Positions 37,801-52,800 of a stretch of 64,000 nucleotides of DNA are shown here, piece after piece; the stretch's first letter is position 1, and every line of letters starts with the position of its first letter. The stretch covers positions 152,644,001-152,708,000 of the forward strand of contig NC_043000.1 in the NCBI RefSeq assembly GCF_006345805.1. Reading direction: 5' to 3'. The notes under the pieces are model-generated. The model did no database searches. It saw nothing but the letters and a program-made list of their open reading frames with translations, and was not told the DNA's origin. The stretch is from Octopus sinensis. Taxonomy: Eukaryota. A program made the position numbers and the translations under genes.

Positions 37801-40800
37801 TGCTGGTGGCATGTGAAAAAACAGGTGACACATAAAAAGAACCATTTGAGCATGGCCATTGCCAGTACCGCATGACTGGCCCTCATGCCGGTGGCATGTA
37901 AAAGCACCCACTACATTCTCGGAGTGGTTGGCGTTAGGAAGGGCATCCAGCTGTAGAAACTCTGCCAGATCAGATTGGAGTCTGGTGCAGCCATCTGGTT
38001 CGCCAGTCCTCAGTCAAATCGTCCAACCCATGCTAGCATGGAAAGCAGACATTAAACGATGATGATGATGATGCACCCTGTACCTACATTATGTATTTCC
38101 ACTCCACTCCCAAACTGCTTAACAATTTACAGCTAGCTCAGAGTTTTCATTCACAAATGCCTGACAGAGTTCAATCCAGATACATTGACCAAATTCTTTC
38201 ACCCTTGATTGCTACTGTCTACTTTCATGTCTATGGAACCAATTATATTCATCATATTCATCATTTAATTCCTCTTTCTCTCTCAACTCCTGTTCACTAT
38301 AGGCATCAAATTACCCGACATTGACGTCCCTCACAATGATGATAAATACTTTCTCAATTATAACACCACTTCTGCATTTGGTATCTCTACTACTACACTA
38401 TTCTCGTCTAACTGGGGTGGTTATGGCAACAAGGATAGATCCCCACTACATACACTGAACACCAAATTTTCAGTCAATTCATCAAATTCCTTCATCTCTG
38501 CAGCCTTGATCCTGACTTGAAACCTGGTCTTGATGCACTGCCAGACACTTCAAATGACATAGATACTCACTTGTCATTGTCTAAGTCATTCGTACCAATA
38601 CTTGTAATATTGATTGCTCTTTCTTCCTCTCGTACCAATACCTGTAATATTGATTGCTCTTTCTTCCTCTCGTTCCACACCTGCTCCACCCAATATATTG
38701 ACAACAGTAACAACAACAATAAAAGTAATATTTTCCCATAGCTGACATGTTTTACATGGAAGACAGGAAACAATCAATTATATGATGACAATGCATATTT
38801 ACAACCATCAGGGTGTGTAGACACAAGGGTATACACACCCACACGAATATATATAAATGCACACGCACACACACATATATATATACTCTTTACTCTTTTA
38901 ATTGTTTCATTCATTTGACTGCGGCCATGCCGGAGCACCGCCTTTAATCGAGCAACTCGACCCCGGGACTTATTCTTTTGTAAGCCCAGTACTTATTCTA
39001 TTGGTCTCTTTTGCCGAACCGCTAAGTGGACGTAAACACACCAGCATCGGTTGTCAAGCAATGCTAGGGGGACAAACACAGACACACAAACACACACACA
39101 CACATACATATATATATACGATGGGCTTCTTTCAGTTTCCGTCTACCAAATCCACTCACAAGGCTTTGGTCGGCCCGAGGCTATAGTAGAAGGCACTTGC
39201 CCAACTGCCACGCAGTGGGACTGAACCCGGAACCATGTGGTTGGTAAACAAGCTACTTATCACACAGCCACTCCTGTGGCTAGATATTAGATATGAGGCT
39301 TCTTTCAGTTTGTGTCGACCAAATCTACTCAAAAGGCTTTAGTCAACTCTGGGTTATAGAACACAGTCAAACACATCTGTATGCATGCAAAATGTAGAGT
39401 GGTGTGTGCATATGCCTAAGTGAATCTGCACTGGGTTACAAAGAGCAAAGTCACTGTTTGTAACTGGCTGCAACTGGTCACATTTGTTGACAATATTTGT
39501 CAACAAATCATCCACTAGAATAAAATATAAAAAAAACCCCCAAAAACAGGTAAGGGTCAGCAACAGTAACAGTATGTGATCATCAAAATCCTACCACTAA
39601 AGGCGGCGAGTTGGCAGAAACGTTAGCGCACCGGGTGAAATGCTCAGCGGTATTTCGTCTGTCGATACGTTTTGAGTTCAAATTCCGCCGAGGTCGACTT
39701 TGCCTCTCATCCTTTTGGGGTTGATTAAATAAGTACCAGTTATGCACTGGAATCGATTTAATCTGTTTGTGTGTCCTTGTTTGTCCCCTTTGTGTGTAGC
39801 CCCTTGTGGGCAGTAAAGGAATAAAAATCCTACCACTGATATTTCTCTATCTAACCTATGCCAGCATGCAAAAATGGATGAAATGAACACCATTTTTGTG
39901 GGTATATGTCTAGGTGTACATGTAACGAAGTCACACTTTACATAATTATTAATTCTTGTTTTAAAGCAAGTTTGATGTCTTGGAGGTATATTTACATGGT
40001 TAACCCTTTAGCATTTAAATCAGTCATATCTGGCCAAAATATTCTACTAATTTTAAGTCCAAAATGGCCAGATCCAGCCTCTTAAACTTATGCTACAATG
40101 TCAAAAGGTTGCAAGATGCAACGAAAATTTTAGGAAAATAAAAATAAGAAAAAAGTGGAAATTTTACCGGTGAGTGTATTACATTATAAGGCACAAAAAG
40201 AAATGACTCTCCCCAGACACAACAGAATATGCTTCAACACACGAACTCACATAAAGAATCTTGCAAACCAAATCCAAAAACGAAATATAAATCATACAAT
40301 TGAAATCTTGAAACTATAAGAGATAATCTATGATTAATTCAAAACAATGTGAATAAATAAGCATTATGTTTGACAGAGTAATCTGAACGTTAAAGGGTTA
40401 ATTGTAAGTGTAACCACAAGAATATGATTTAAAACATTTTACAGGGATTGAAGAAGTGAAATAGTAAAATGGAATACTATACTCTCTCTTTACTCTTTTA
40501 CTTGTTTCAGTCATTTGACTGCGGCCATGCTGGAGCACCGCCTTTTAGTCGAGCAAATCGACCCCGGGACTTATTCTTTTGTAAGCCCAGTACTTATTCT
40601 ATCGGTCTCTTTTGCCGAACCGCTAAGTGACGGGGACGTAAACACACCAGCATCGGTTGTCAAGCAATGCTAGGGAGACAAACACAGACACACAAACACA
40701 TACATATATATATATATATATACGACAGGCTTCTTTCAGTTTCCATCTACCAGATCCACTCACAAGGCATTGGTCGGCCCGGGGCTATAGCAGAAGACAC

Positions 40801-43800
40801 TTGCCCAAGATGCCACGCAGTGGGACTGAACCCGGAACCATGTGGTTGGTTAGCAAGCTACTTACCACACAGCCACTCCTGCGCCTATGTATTTGATCTT
40901 TAGTTCAAAAGTCTTATCTTTAAATTCAAATTTGCTGTGTATTTGGACAGTACACTAAATTCTTTGAGACTTGCTTCATCAAGATGTCAGGAATACGCAC
41001 AAGGGTATTTAGGCATGCTGCCTAAGATATATGGGGCAAGATTTCTCTCTTTTCAATGTAAGATATGAAACTGAAGCCTAGTACCAGAAGTTTAGAACCT
41101 GTTTAACCCTTTCGTTATCAACCCGGCTGAAACCGGCTCTGGCTCTTTAGTATAAATGTCATAAGTTTTGAATTCAAATCTTCAACCAAACGTTAGTCAC
41201 AATTTATGTTCCTAACACTAGCTTAATGATAACGATGTTATTTTACTAAATTCTTTGTTATATTTAAAATAATTGGAAGAAACACAGAGCATCTCAAAAT
41301 AAATACAGTAACGAAAGGGTTAAGTATTTAGCAGACACATTTTACATTTATCAATCGTCAAGGCTTACACATACTGGCTTATTACACTTGTATATAGACA
41401 ATAGTAGAATGTGTTTACTCTATGTTTCAGTAATTAACAATATAAAAAGTGTGAAGTTTGTATAGTATGATGGATATTTTATATATCAATGCAGATAATG
41501 AGGCATAATCAGTATGATTCATTATCAGCACAAAGCATAAAACAGTTGATTAAAACAAATTAACATTGACATAAACTTTTGTAAGCAAAGCACAAAGATA
41601 TATGCAGATTTGTCCATCTGTAACAGAGTTAAAACAACAAAGCTCAATAATATTCATAAACATAATAAATAGCTGACACATAAATGTGTGTATGTGTATA
41701 CCTGACGTATTCTTCAGCTGTTACGCAATCAATAGGTTCTTTGGGAGATTTTCTCTTGGTGGTACCACCAAACACAACCTGTGCCTTTTGGGGAAAAATA
41801 AAATCATTTAAATTATATTGAATTTTATTTACATTTCGGGGATAAATTGATCTGTTGAGAAGGAGATGAAATGAGACTGTGACTAATTCAAGGACATAGG
41901 AAATGTTAGTGGGAGTGGCTGTGTGGTAAGTAGCTTGTTTACCAACCACATGGTTCCGGGTTCAGTCCCACTGCGCGGCACCTTGGGCAAGTGTCTTCTA
42001 CTATAGCCTCGGGCCGACCAAAGCCTTGTGAGTGGATTTGGTAGACGGAAACTGAAAGAAGCCTGTCGTATATATGTATATATATATATGTGTGTGTGTC
42101 TGTGTTTGTCCCCCTAGCGTTGCTTGACAACCGATGCTGGTGTGTTTATGTCCCCATTACTTAGCGGTTCGGCAAAAGAGACCGACAGAATAAGTACTGG
42201 GCTTACAAAGAATAAGTCCTGGGGTCGAGATGCTCGATTAAAGGCAGTGCACCAGCATGGCCGCAGTCAAATGACTGAAACAAGTAAAAGAGTAAAAGAG
42301 TAAAGAGTAACAAATAGGATTGTTGTTGCTGTTTCATTCCAGATCAGCTCAGATTAAACAAGTGATCTAGGAATGACCATCCCAACTTTTTCAGACACAG
42401 TGTATTTAGGACTACATTATTTAGTTTGCCCTTGTTTTAAGCTAACAGAATGTGATTTGAGGAGATTTGGCTATTGTTTCAAACAAATTAAGTAGCTATG
42501 AAGAAGATCTGTCACTGGTTTGAAGCATGGAACAAACTGCCGGCATCAGTTGTTAGTTGTCGGAGCACTAAATCCTTCAAAACTTCCATGCTTCCTGAGA
42601 TTCGCCAACACCACACCTGATTTTCTCTCCTCCATACACACACAAGCATGTATCTGACTCATGCATTGTTCGCTTTCCAGACATTTGTACACTACTGCAT
42701 ATACTTTATACGCACTTTCTGACAAGTTGTGGTGCACTTGAGCACTGTATGCAATAATTTCATTATCATTATTAATTAGGACTCAAAATGAAAAGTGGGT
42801 TCAGTTTTTCTAAATTCTTACTTCACCACTATAGAGCACATTAAATATACATTGGGAGATAAACTGACCTCATTATATAACTAAATCAAAGTGGTGCTGG
42901 ATCACCAACTGAAAAGTTAAAAATTCATATGCTTTGAGCAAACATCACAAAGTACAATAAGTAAGTTTGGAAAATCGACAAGTATTTAGTCCTACCCATG
43001 CAACCATGGAAAATGGATGTTAAACAATGATGATGATTTTGTTAACTCACAGGCAACAGTTTATATCTAGAGTAGATATATTACATAAGTTGGGTACTCC
43101 AATAGCTACACAACTATGATACAAAATTATTTTACTAACTGGATATTTTGTCTCATAAATCCATGAGGAATAAACAGGAAAATCAATCTTGGAGTTGAAC
43201 ATGAAATGCAGAAGCATGAATTAAGTAGACAATAACTCTACTGTTTCTGCCAATTCATTAAAATTTGTCCGCTTCACAATGAAGAACAAACATTTTCTTA
43301 ATTGAATAAACATCAACAGGATATATATTTTCTTAGATACTCTTTTATTCTTTTACTTGTTTCAGTCATTTGACTGTGGCCATGCTGGAGCACTGCCTTT
43401 AGTCGAGCTAATCAACCTCAGGACTTATTCTTTGTAAGCCTAGTACTTATTCTATCGGTCTCCTTTGTCGAACCGCTAGTTACGGGGACGTAAACACACC
43501 AGCATCGGTTGTCAAGCGATGTTGGGGGGACAAACGCAGACACACAAACATATACACACACGTACATATATATACATATATAATTTATTTTTTTATTTTT
43601 ATTCTTATCTAGTTTCAGCTCATGAGCTGTGGCCATGCTGGGGCACCGCCATTAATAAAGTCAATCATCGTCCCTGGGTGGGCTTCTTTCACTTTCTGTC
43701 TACCAAATCCACTCACAAGGCTTTGGTCGGCCTGAGGCTATAGTAGAAGACACTTGCCCAAGGTGCCACGCAGTGGGACTGATCCCAGAACCATGTGGTT

Positions 43801-46800
43801 GGTAAGCCAGTTACTTACCGCACAGCCACTCCTACGCCTTATGACAACTTAATCTTAATTCAACATAGAATAAACAATTAGGAATTAAGATACATTCATC
43901 TTCATCATCACTGTTTAACATCTGTCTTCCATGTTGGCATGCGTTGGACTGTTAGTCAGGATTCAATGAACCAAAGAACTATGTTGAGCTCCATTGTTTA
44001 CTGTGGCATGGTTTCTATGGCTGGATGCCCTTCCTAATGCCAACCACTTTACAGAGTGTACTGGGTGCTTGTTTTTTTTTTTTTCTTGTGACACAAGCAT
44101 TAGTAAATTTGTTAAGTAACTTGAAAGACAAAGGAAAAGGAGAAAACTCCTTCACTGAATAGGGTTGTAGCAGGGTGAGGGGTTGCTCTATGCCAGGTGT
44201 TTTGCTATGTAAAAGATACATGGCAATCCAAAATTATATAACAGTGGTTGATGAGGTGTCAGAGGGTCCTCTCAAGGTACAAGAAGTTTAAAAGAGAATA
44301 CAGACTGAGGAACAGGAAAGGTGGGTGGATAAGTTCATAAGAGTGAGCAGAAAGTGACAAATGGTTATAAAGGGAGGTAGAAGTGAATGTAGAGAATGAT
44401 GTACAAGGGTAGTGGTGTGGTCGATGGTAAATATGAGCATAGGAGAGAAAGTAAAAGAGATAACTAAGGAAGGAGAACGTGATAAATGACTGTTCAGGAA
44501 AGATGGGGAACAGCATTATGATAAACTTGTGGATCATCATCATCATCATCATCGTTTAACGTCTGCTTTCCATGCTGGCATGGGTTGGACGATTTGACTG
44601 AGGACTGGCGAACCAGATGGCTGCACCAGACTCCAATCTTGATCTGGTAGGGTTTCTACAGCTGGATGCCCTTCCTAACGCCAACCACTCCGAGAGTGTA
44701 GTGGGTGCTTTTATGTGCCACCAGCATGAAGGCCAGTCTGGTGGTACTGGCAACGGCCATGCTCGAAATGGTGTTTTTTACGTGCCACCTGCACAGGAGT
44801 CAGTCTAGTGGCACTGGCAATGACCTCACTCGAATGTTTCATTCACATGCCAGTAAGGTGACGCTGGTAATGATCACACTCAAGTGGTGCTTTTTACGTG
44901 CCATTGACACGGAAGCCAGACAGCTGCTCTGGCAGTGATTCTGCTCGGATGGAGCTGTTAGCGCTCCACTTGCACGGGAGCCAGTCATCGAATTTGGTTC
45001 AATTTCGATTCTGCTTGCCCCAACAGGTCTTCGCAAGCAGAGTGTAGTGTCCAATGAAGGGAGGTTGGCATGGGTGCCAGTCATCGAATTTGGTTTGATT
45101 TTGAATTCAATTTCGATAGATCAGTAAAAAAAGAGATGCTGTGTGAGGTGGGAGAGTAGAGGAGAGAGAAAGATGTACAGCGACAGGGATGTCAGGGATA
45201 TAAAGTGGTGGCTATAATGAGTGGAAACAAAGGCAGGTGGGCGGGTGTGGGTGTCAATGGCAGATATGAGAAAGCATTGAGAATGATTGATGATATGAAA
45301 GGGTGCAGAGAATGAGAGCAAATGGGTGAGGGTGTTAAAGATGAGGTATGGCAATTCTAAGATGTAGCTCAGAGGAGAGAGAGAGAGAACTGGAGAGTGA
45401 TCAGCGGAAAATATGATGAAGGGATAATAGCCTTGCCTGGCACCTGTGCAGGTGGCACGTAAAAAGCACCCACTACACTCACGGAGTGGTTGGCGTTAGG
45501 AAGGGCATCCAGCTGTAGAAACATTGCCAGATATGACTGGAGCCTGGTGCAGCCTTCTGGCTTCCAAGATTCCCGGTCGAACCGTCCAACCCATGCCAGC
45601 ATGGAGAACGGACGTTAAACGATGATGATGATGATGAGGGATAGATGTTAAAAGAAGTGGTTCCAAGGAGATGGGGAAGAAACTTGTAGCACAAAGTGGA
45701 TAAAGTATGTGTAAATTCTGCAAGCATGGAAAAGTGGATGTGAAAATGAAGATGTTGCTGATGATGATGATGATAATTAGAGTGATTGAAGAAGTGAAAT
45801 GGTAAAGTGGATATGGTACATGATCTAAAGTTCAAACGTCTTGAGCTCAAATTCAAATTCACAGATGTTTTGTTGTGTATTTGGGTAATGCGCTAGATCT
45901 CTCACTGCATTTAGACATTGGGAACAGGCACAAGAGTAGCTGGGCATGTTGCCTCAGATATCTGGAGTAAGATTTATTCCTTATCAACTTGAGTGTATAG
46001 ACATGAATATAATGCTTTTAGGACTTCACTTTCACCATGAAGGTTGGGTCTTATCAAACTCAGTGAAAAAGTCAATCATCTCAGTTCTTTGACATTGTCA
46101 CCAAATCTCAACATTTTAAGATCAGCCTTCACTGCTTTGTTCTATAACTTCCTGGGTCTCCCTCTTATGCAAGTTTCATCCACTTTATTGATCGGCACTT
46201 CTTTATACAGCTGTCATTCATATGCATCAAGTGACCATTCCAGTGCAGTCTTCTCTCTTGCACACTACCTCTGATTCTTCCGATGCCAAATTTTTCTCTT
46301 AACACAACTTATGCTGTTATACATGCATACTGATATTGCACATCCTTTGAAGCTTACTAGCTTCATCCCATTCCATTCTAGTCCTCATGTGTCCCTTGAA
46401 TTTGAAGCCCGCATTTCACAAATATTAACACAAGCATCATACAACTTGATTTCACTCCAAGAGAGATCAAATTCAATGACTGGCATCCATGCGAATGGAG
46501 CGCTAAGAGTACCATACGAGTGTGATCGTTGCCAGAGCAACAAGCTGGCCTTCGTGCCGATGGCACGTAAAAAGCACTATTCGAGTGTGATCATTACCTG
46601 AGTTGCCTTACTGGCACTTGTGCTGGTGGCATATGAAAAACATTCGAGCGAGGTCATTGCCAGTGCCCTTGGACTGGCTCCTGTGCTGGTGGCACATAAA
46701 AAGCACCATTTGAGAGTGGCCACTGCCAGTGCCACCTGACTGGCCCTTATGCTGGTGGCACTTAAAAGCACCCACTACACTCTCGGAGTGGTTGGCGTTA

Positions 46801-49800
46801 GAAACTCTGCCAGATCAGATTGGAGTTTGGTGCAGCCATCTGGTTTGCCAAACCTCAGTCAAATCGTCCAACCCATGCTAGCATGGAAAGCAGATGTTAA
46901 ATGATGATGATGACTAACAGAGGTTATTGCTCCCTGAACTTTCTCTTTCCTATTCTTATTCTAGAAACTATACCTTTGCAATAATATTCTCCTCTACTAC
47001 TAAAGTGAAAAAAAAAAAAAAAAATGGTAGGGGATTACCTGTAAGATTGATGTCCTACACTACCTGATTATAAATTCAAATCTTTTTTCCATACCCCACA
47101 CTCAGCAAATCACATTAATCTAAACTGCCTCAATTAAATTAATTACACCCCCACCCCAAAACACAATTGTTTAGAGAATAAATAATTTTGAGATTACTCT
47201 TTACTCTTTTACTTGTTTCAGTCATTTGACTGCAGCCATGCTGGAGCACCACCTTTAGTCAAGCAAATCGACCCCGGGACTTATTCTTTGTAAGCCCAGT
47301 ACTTATTCTATCTGTCTCTTTTGCCGAACCGCTAAGTGACGGGGACATAAACACACCAGCATTGGTTGTCAAGCAATGCTAGAGGGACAAACACAGACAC
47401 ACAAACACATATATATATACATACATATATACAACGGGCTTCTTTTAGTTTCCGTCTACCAAATCCACTCACAAGGCATTGGTTGGCCCGGGGCTATAGC
47501 AGAAGACACTTGCCCAAGATGCCACGCAGTGGGACTGAACCCGGAACCATGTGGTTGGTTAGCAAGCTACTTACCACACAGCCACTCCTGCGTTAATATG
47601 AATTATGTTAATATGAAATACATTATGAAATTAGTTTCTATATATTTAGTTGAGTGAACATAACTACAAATAAACACAGTGGCTTTCACCACAGAACATT
47701 GGCCTAATAAGCAATTTCTATTAATTTATTTTTTCTTTCATTTTTTTTTTGTGTGAAGTATGATGAGCAACTCTAGACTAGTTGACATCTGACTCTAATT
47801 TCCTCACAGCCTCTCATACTAACCAGAAAAATGATAAAATACTAGTCTTTGACAGGTATCATGCTGGTGTCACAAAAAAATGCCCTCAGTATACTCTGCA
47901 TCATGGTTGGTGTTAGGAAGGGCATCCTGCCATAGAAACCATGTCAAGTGAAAATGGGCAAAAGAGACGTGGTCCATTGGCCATGCATCAGAAGGCAGTA
48001 ACCCATGCAAGAATTGACTTGGATCATGATGACCTACCATAAACATACATAAAACAATGGTGATAATTTGCATTGAAAATTTAATTTTCAAACATGTATT
48101 GTTTCCTTCTTTAAATCCTAGAAGCTTTATTGATTTATCATAAAAAATTAAAAAAACGCCAAGTGTAGTCCAAGAATTTACCTGTTGTAATTGTTTACAG
48201 TTCTCTGACAGGATTTTCCAAACGAGATGGATTTGTTGCTGGACATAAATTGCAGAAGATGGCACAAGATGAAGACAACACCTAACAGGCTGATCCTCCT
48301 ATGATGAAAAGGAGACATGTCAGAACAATTTTACATTACATCTATCTACTGATTCAACTTTCTTTTATTGTTTACTGTTTTTATGTCCCTTTTCCTATGC
48401 TTATATAGCTAGGCTAAGGTTTTGTTGAAACAAGTTACCTATCCTTATTGCTCATCACTAAAGCAATTTTTTTGCCAAAAAGTTAAAATTCATAGAAACA
48501 TTCATTTCAAGTTTAAAACCAAAGATAAAAAGCATTTTTTTTTTAATGATTAGTCATCGTAATTAATCACTTTTTAAAGTTAATAAAGTTAAAATCATTC
48601 ATAAAGTTAAAATAAGGTTTAAAAAAATTAAATTTCACAAAAAATAATATTTTTTTTATTAGATACTGAAAAGCATAAATGACATTAGCTGTTGTAAAAC
48701 AGTTTTCAATGCTCAAAAATTTGTTGCAAAAGACAGGAATTTTTTGCCTACAAATATAAAGCATTATACTATATTGTACAATGTTAAATTTCCACAATAT
48801 TGTTTTAACCCTTTCGTTACTGTATTTATTTTGAGATGCTCTGTGTTTCTTTCAATTATTTTAGACGTAACAAAGAATTTAGTAAAATAACTTCATTATC
48901 ATTAAGCTAGTTTTAGGAACATAAATTGTGACTAAGGTTTGGTGGAAGATTTTAATTCAAAACTTATGAAAACAAGACATTTGTACTACAGAGCTAGAGC
49001 CGGTTTTAGCCGGGTTGGTAATGAAAGGGTTAAAACTGTTTTGATAATACTTGTGTATCATAAAGTAATCAAAACTATAGTGAACTCCCTAATGTTTATG
49101 GATTTATTAATAATAACAAGCTTAAAATCTGTCAATAAAGTTTTAAAAAGTATGAAAATAAGGTTAAAATCAAGCAATTTTTAATATAAAAAAAAAATGT
49201 CCTACTAATCACTCAATGTGAAGTTGAAGTGGAATCAATTTTCTGCCAGTGATATATCATGTCTGTATCACGGCATTAATTAATTAGTAATAATTATATA
49301 CAGTGACAAGAAAAACACATTTGCTAAAAATGTCTTTTTTATTCTGATCTTGGCAAGGAAGGGTGACAACTCCGAACATGTTTCAGTCTTATTAGAGTTT
49401 CTAAGTGGAATTTAGTTTTTTCTATAATTGCCACATTAGTAATAAGAGAATCATTAAAGGATAAATAACCAGGGACGCCATCTGCACCAAAAATTGCAGC
49501 CAAGTTAGTGCCATCACACTCAATGTAGTTATGATGTAAAGTCTAATCAATAAATAATTCTTATACAGTGAAGAAAAAAAAGTCATGCTTCACTAATAAA
49601 TCTAATGAAGCCAAAAAATGTTTGGAGTTATCACATATTTGCCAAGGTCAGATTAAAATTTTAACCAAACTGAAACACGCGCCTTAAGAACACAAGTTTT
49701 ATTACTATAGTAGTTATGAGGTTTGAACTCCAGATTGACTGGTCAGTTGGACTTTGACATCAAATCCATTAGCAATGGAAATTTCTCATGTTTTGTTATG

Positions 49801-52800
49801 ACTTAAATACATTTAAAATGTATATCTCAAATGGACTACTTGAAATGTTTGGTTATGTATGTGTGTGTGTGTGTAACTCAACATCTCAAAAGTAGGTTTA
49901 CTCACTGACCTTTTGTTGTAGAACTTTAGAACAGGAGTCAAGTTGAGACACCCGTAACATTAGAAGTGTTGGGTCATCACCTTCAGTGACTGAAAAAAAT
50001 AGATAAATGACTCAAGGTAAAAAATATAGAATATCAAAATCCTTAAGCATACATGTAAGAGATAATATTTAGATATCTATGCATGAAATTGATATCACTG
50101 TGATGGATAATCTCAGTTGCCTCATAAATGTCTAGAATAGTGCCATAGTTTTATCCTTTGTATAATCAGTCTGTCAAGATGATTCGTGTATCTTATAATA
50201 ATTTGAAATTAAGAAACATCCTTAATTTTACCTTATTAGGCCTACTTTCTCTCATAGAAGGGCATAGAAAGAACCAACAAATGGTATTATCAGGAACACA
50301 TAACAAACAAACCCAAAAGACTCAGTCTTTGGTAATATTATTAATAAACAACAAATCGTTTCTTTTATTTTCATGTAACACAATGTCATGAAAGTTATGT
50401 ATTTTTCTTACAGAAACTTTTTACTTGTCCTGTGTTTCACATTTGATATACAGGACATAGTGGACTATGCAATACTATATTTGGCACATCTTCTGTACAG
50501 GTCCTATGATCTACTCTCAAATATCCAATTTATGAAAATTGCACAACAATAAAATTATTTTTTTTTCTAATTGTAACAGAATATTACCTTTCACTAAATG
50601 AAGATTTTTATCAAATCCTTTAATTCTCTCACATTTTCCTTCTTCAGAATCTAAGTAATTTTTTAAGTCTAAAACTATATGGTTTTGTACAGAATCATCT
50701 TTATTTGGTGTGACTGCACTGTCTGTGGGAAAGTGATGCCGGAAATTAGACTTCTTGGCTGCCTGACACAAGGTTGATTGCACTACAGATGACCCGCATG
50801 GCAAAGAAGCATCAACAATTTTCTCGGAAATGTGTGTCGCATTCAACATCTGAAGTAACTCTGCATCCCATTGATTAGAGTCTGAAATAATGCCTGCTAC
50901 AGAGTACCTGGAGATGAGAGAATAATATTTTGAAAACTATATTAACTCTGGTTCATAACTTTACGAGTGTAAGACAAGAAGAAATTTCAATCAGAAACTA
51001 TAAAAGATAGATTATGCAATGCACATTCAGTAAAACTGTTCATATTGAAGGTTCCTAGTATGCAGGTTTCAGCTGAATCTTAAAAGAATACAAGACTTTA
51101 ATTTAGGTTAAAAAGGTATCTAAGACATCTCCATCCCTCTTCATTAAACATTTAAAAATCAGTGATGTAAGCTAACAAAACATCCACCAAACTAACCAGT
51201 TTTGTGAACAAACCCTCAATCTGTATACTATTCATCACTGTTGATGTTACCACATTATCCTCTCTCTTCTCTTATTTTAACAATATTTATTCTCTTTTAC
51301 TACTAATACAGTCACTCCAGGTATAACTTTTCAAAACTACATGCTTCTGGAATTCTCTTCACATATACTTTCTAATCTACAAATTAAGAACAATTTGCTT
51401 AGTAATTAAAAATACAAACACATGAGTGTGAACTGAAATTTTTAATGACAAGGCCATGCACATATCCGTTCAACATCTAGAAAATACATTTTACCAAGAA
51501 TGGCCAAACTATTTTTTCATTTTGGCATATTCAATATAGTTTGAAGAAAAAATTGACCTTGACTAATTAAGAATATTATGCATGATCACACTAATCTTGC
51601 TTAACATTCCCAAATCCCCAGCTTACCAGAGACTAAGAAAGTAAGATATCTAGGGAAGCTGCTCTGCTGGTATTCAAGACATTTAGGGTGGCGAGCTGGC
51701 AGAAATGTTAGCATGCCGGGTGAAATGCGTAGCCGTATTTCGTCTGCCGTTACGTTCTGAGTTCAAATTCCGCCGAGGTCGACTTTGCCTTTCATCCTTT
51801 CGGGGTCGATAAATTAAGTACCAGTTATGCAGTGGGGTCGATATAATCGACTTAATCTGTTTCTCTGTCCTTGTTTGTCCCCTCTGTGTTTAGCCCCTTG
51901 TGGGTAGTAAAGAAATAGGTATTCAAGACATTGACCATCTTAATTTTATAGCATATTTAGAACTTAAAATATCTGGACCTGATATCAAAGGTCATATTAA
52001 ACATGAAAAATGAGACAACACATGATTTGCATTCTACTAGATTAGGATCATACTTGTCTTTAGAGAATAGATACAGATTCAGTTTTCTTTTACACACAAA
52101 ATCAAAAATAAACTAAAATTTACACAGAAAGGACCATAATACTCTACGTACCCAGTGGCAGTCAATAATTTCATGATGTGATCTAATAAAATAATTTCTC
52201 GGACGTGTTCAAGGTGATCAAGAGATTTGTTCTGCTGTGTGTTGATATGACTACAGTTGAGAAATATGTTGTCGCCCTGTCTGTCTGATATTAATCCATA
52301 CTGGTTACCCTGCGTCTGAACTAACTTTAAAACATGTTGAAAGGCATGAGGACGTTGAAGGTGAAAAACTGCCACAGCTTCCTTTGTTGGTTGACCACAA
52401 GTCACAGGTGTTGACCATGTTTTACTTCTTGTCTCAATCTCAGAATATATGTGCTGCCAAGTCTGGAAGAAATAAATTTCCATAAATATTAATTTTAAAT
52501 TTCCTTTGAATTTTAATTAACTTTCTCAAATTTTATTAGATATAGAGAAATGAAAAATAGTTTAGCTCTTCTGACTAAAACATATTCTTGAGTTATTTAC
52601 TTTTGTAGAAAGAAAATGAATACATGCATGGTCATGTGGTTAAGATGTTTACTTCACAAACAGGTATTTCTGGGGTCAGTCCTACCAGGACAACAGCTTT
52701 ACTTTATCCCAAGCCTTGTGAGTGAAATTGAGTAACTACGTTTCGGCTGATATACCCTCCAGCCTTCATCAGGTGTCTTGGGGAAATTTTGAACCTGGGT

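Noticed and set aside
39430-39514. Exon-like segment (VDDLLTNIVNK...) with a TAG acceptor and a perfect 12-bp hairpin at 39482-39508 in DALRD3 intron 6
   Set aside because: Out of order and out of phase with the gene (it would create a stop immediately), and it has no good donor; the true homologous exon is 49910-49989.
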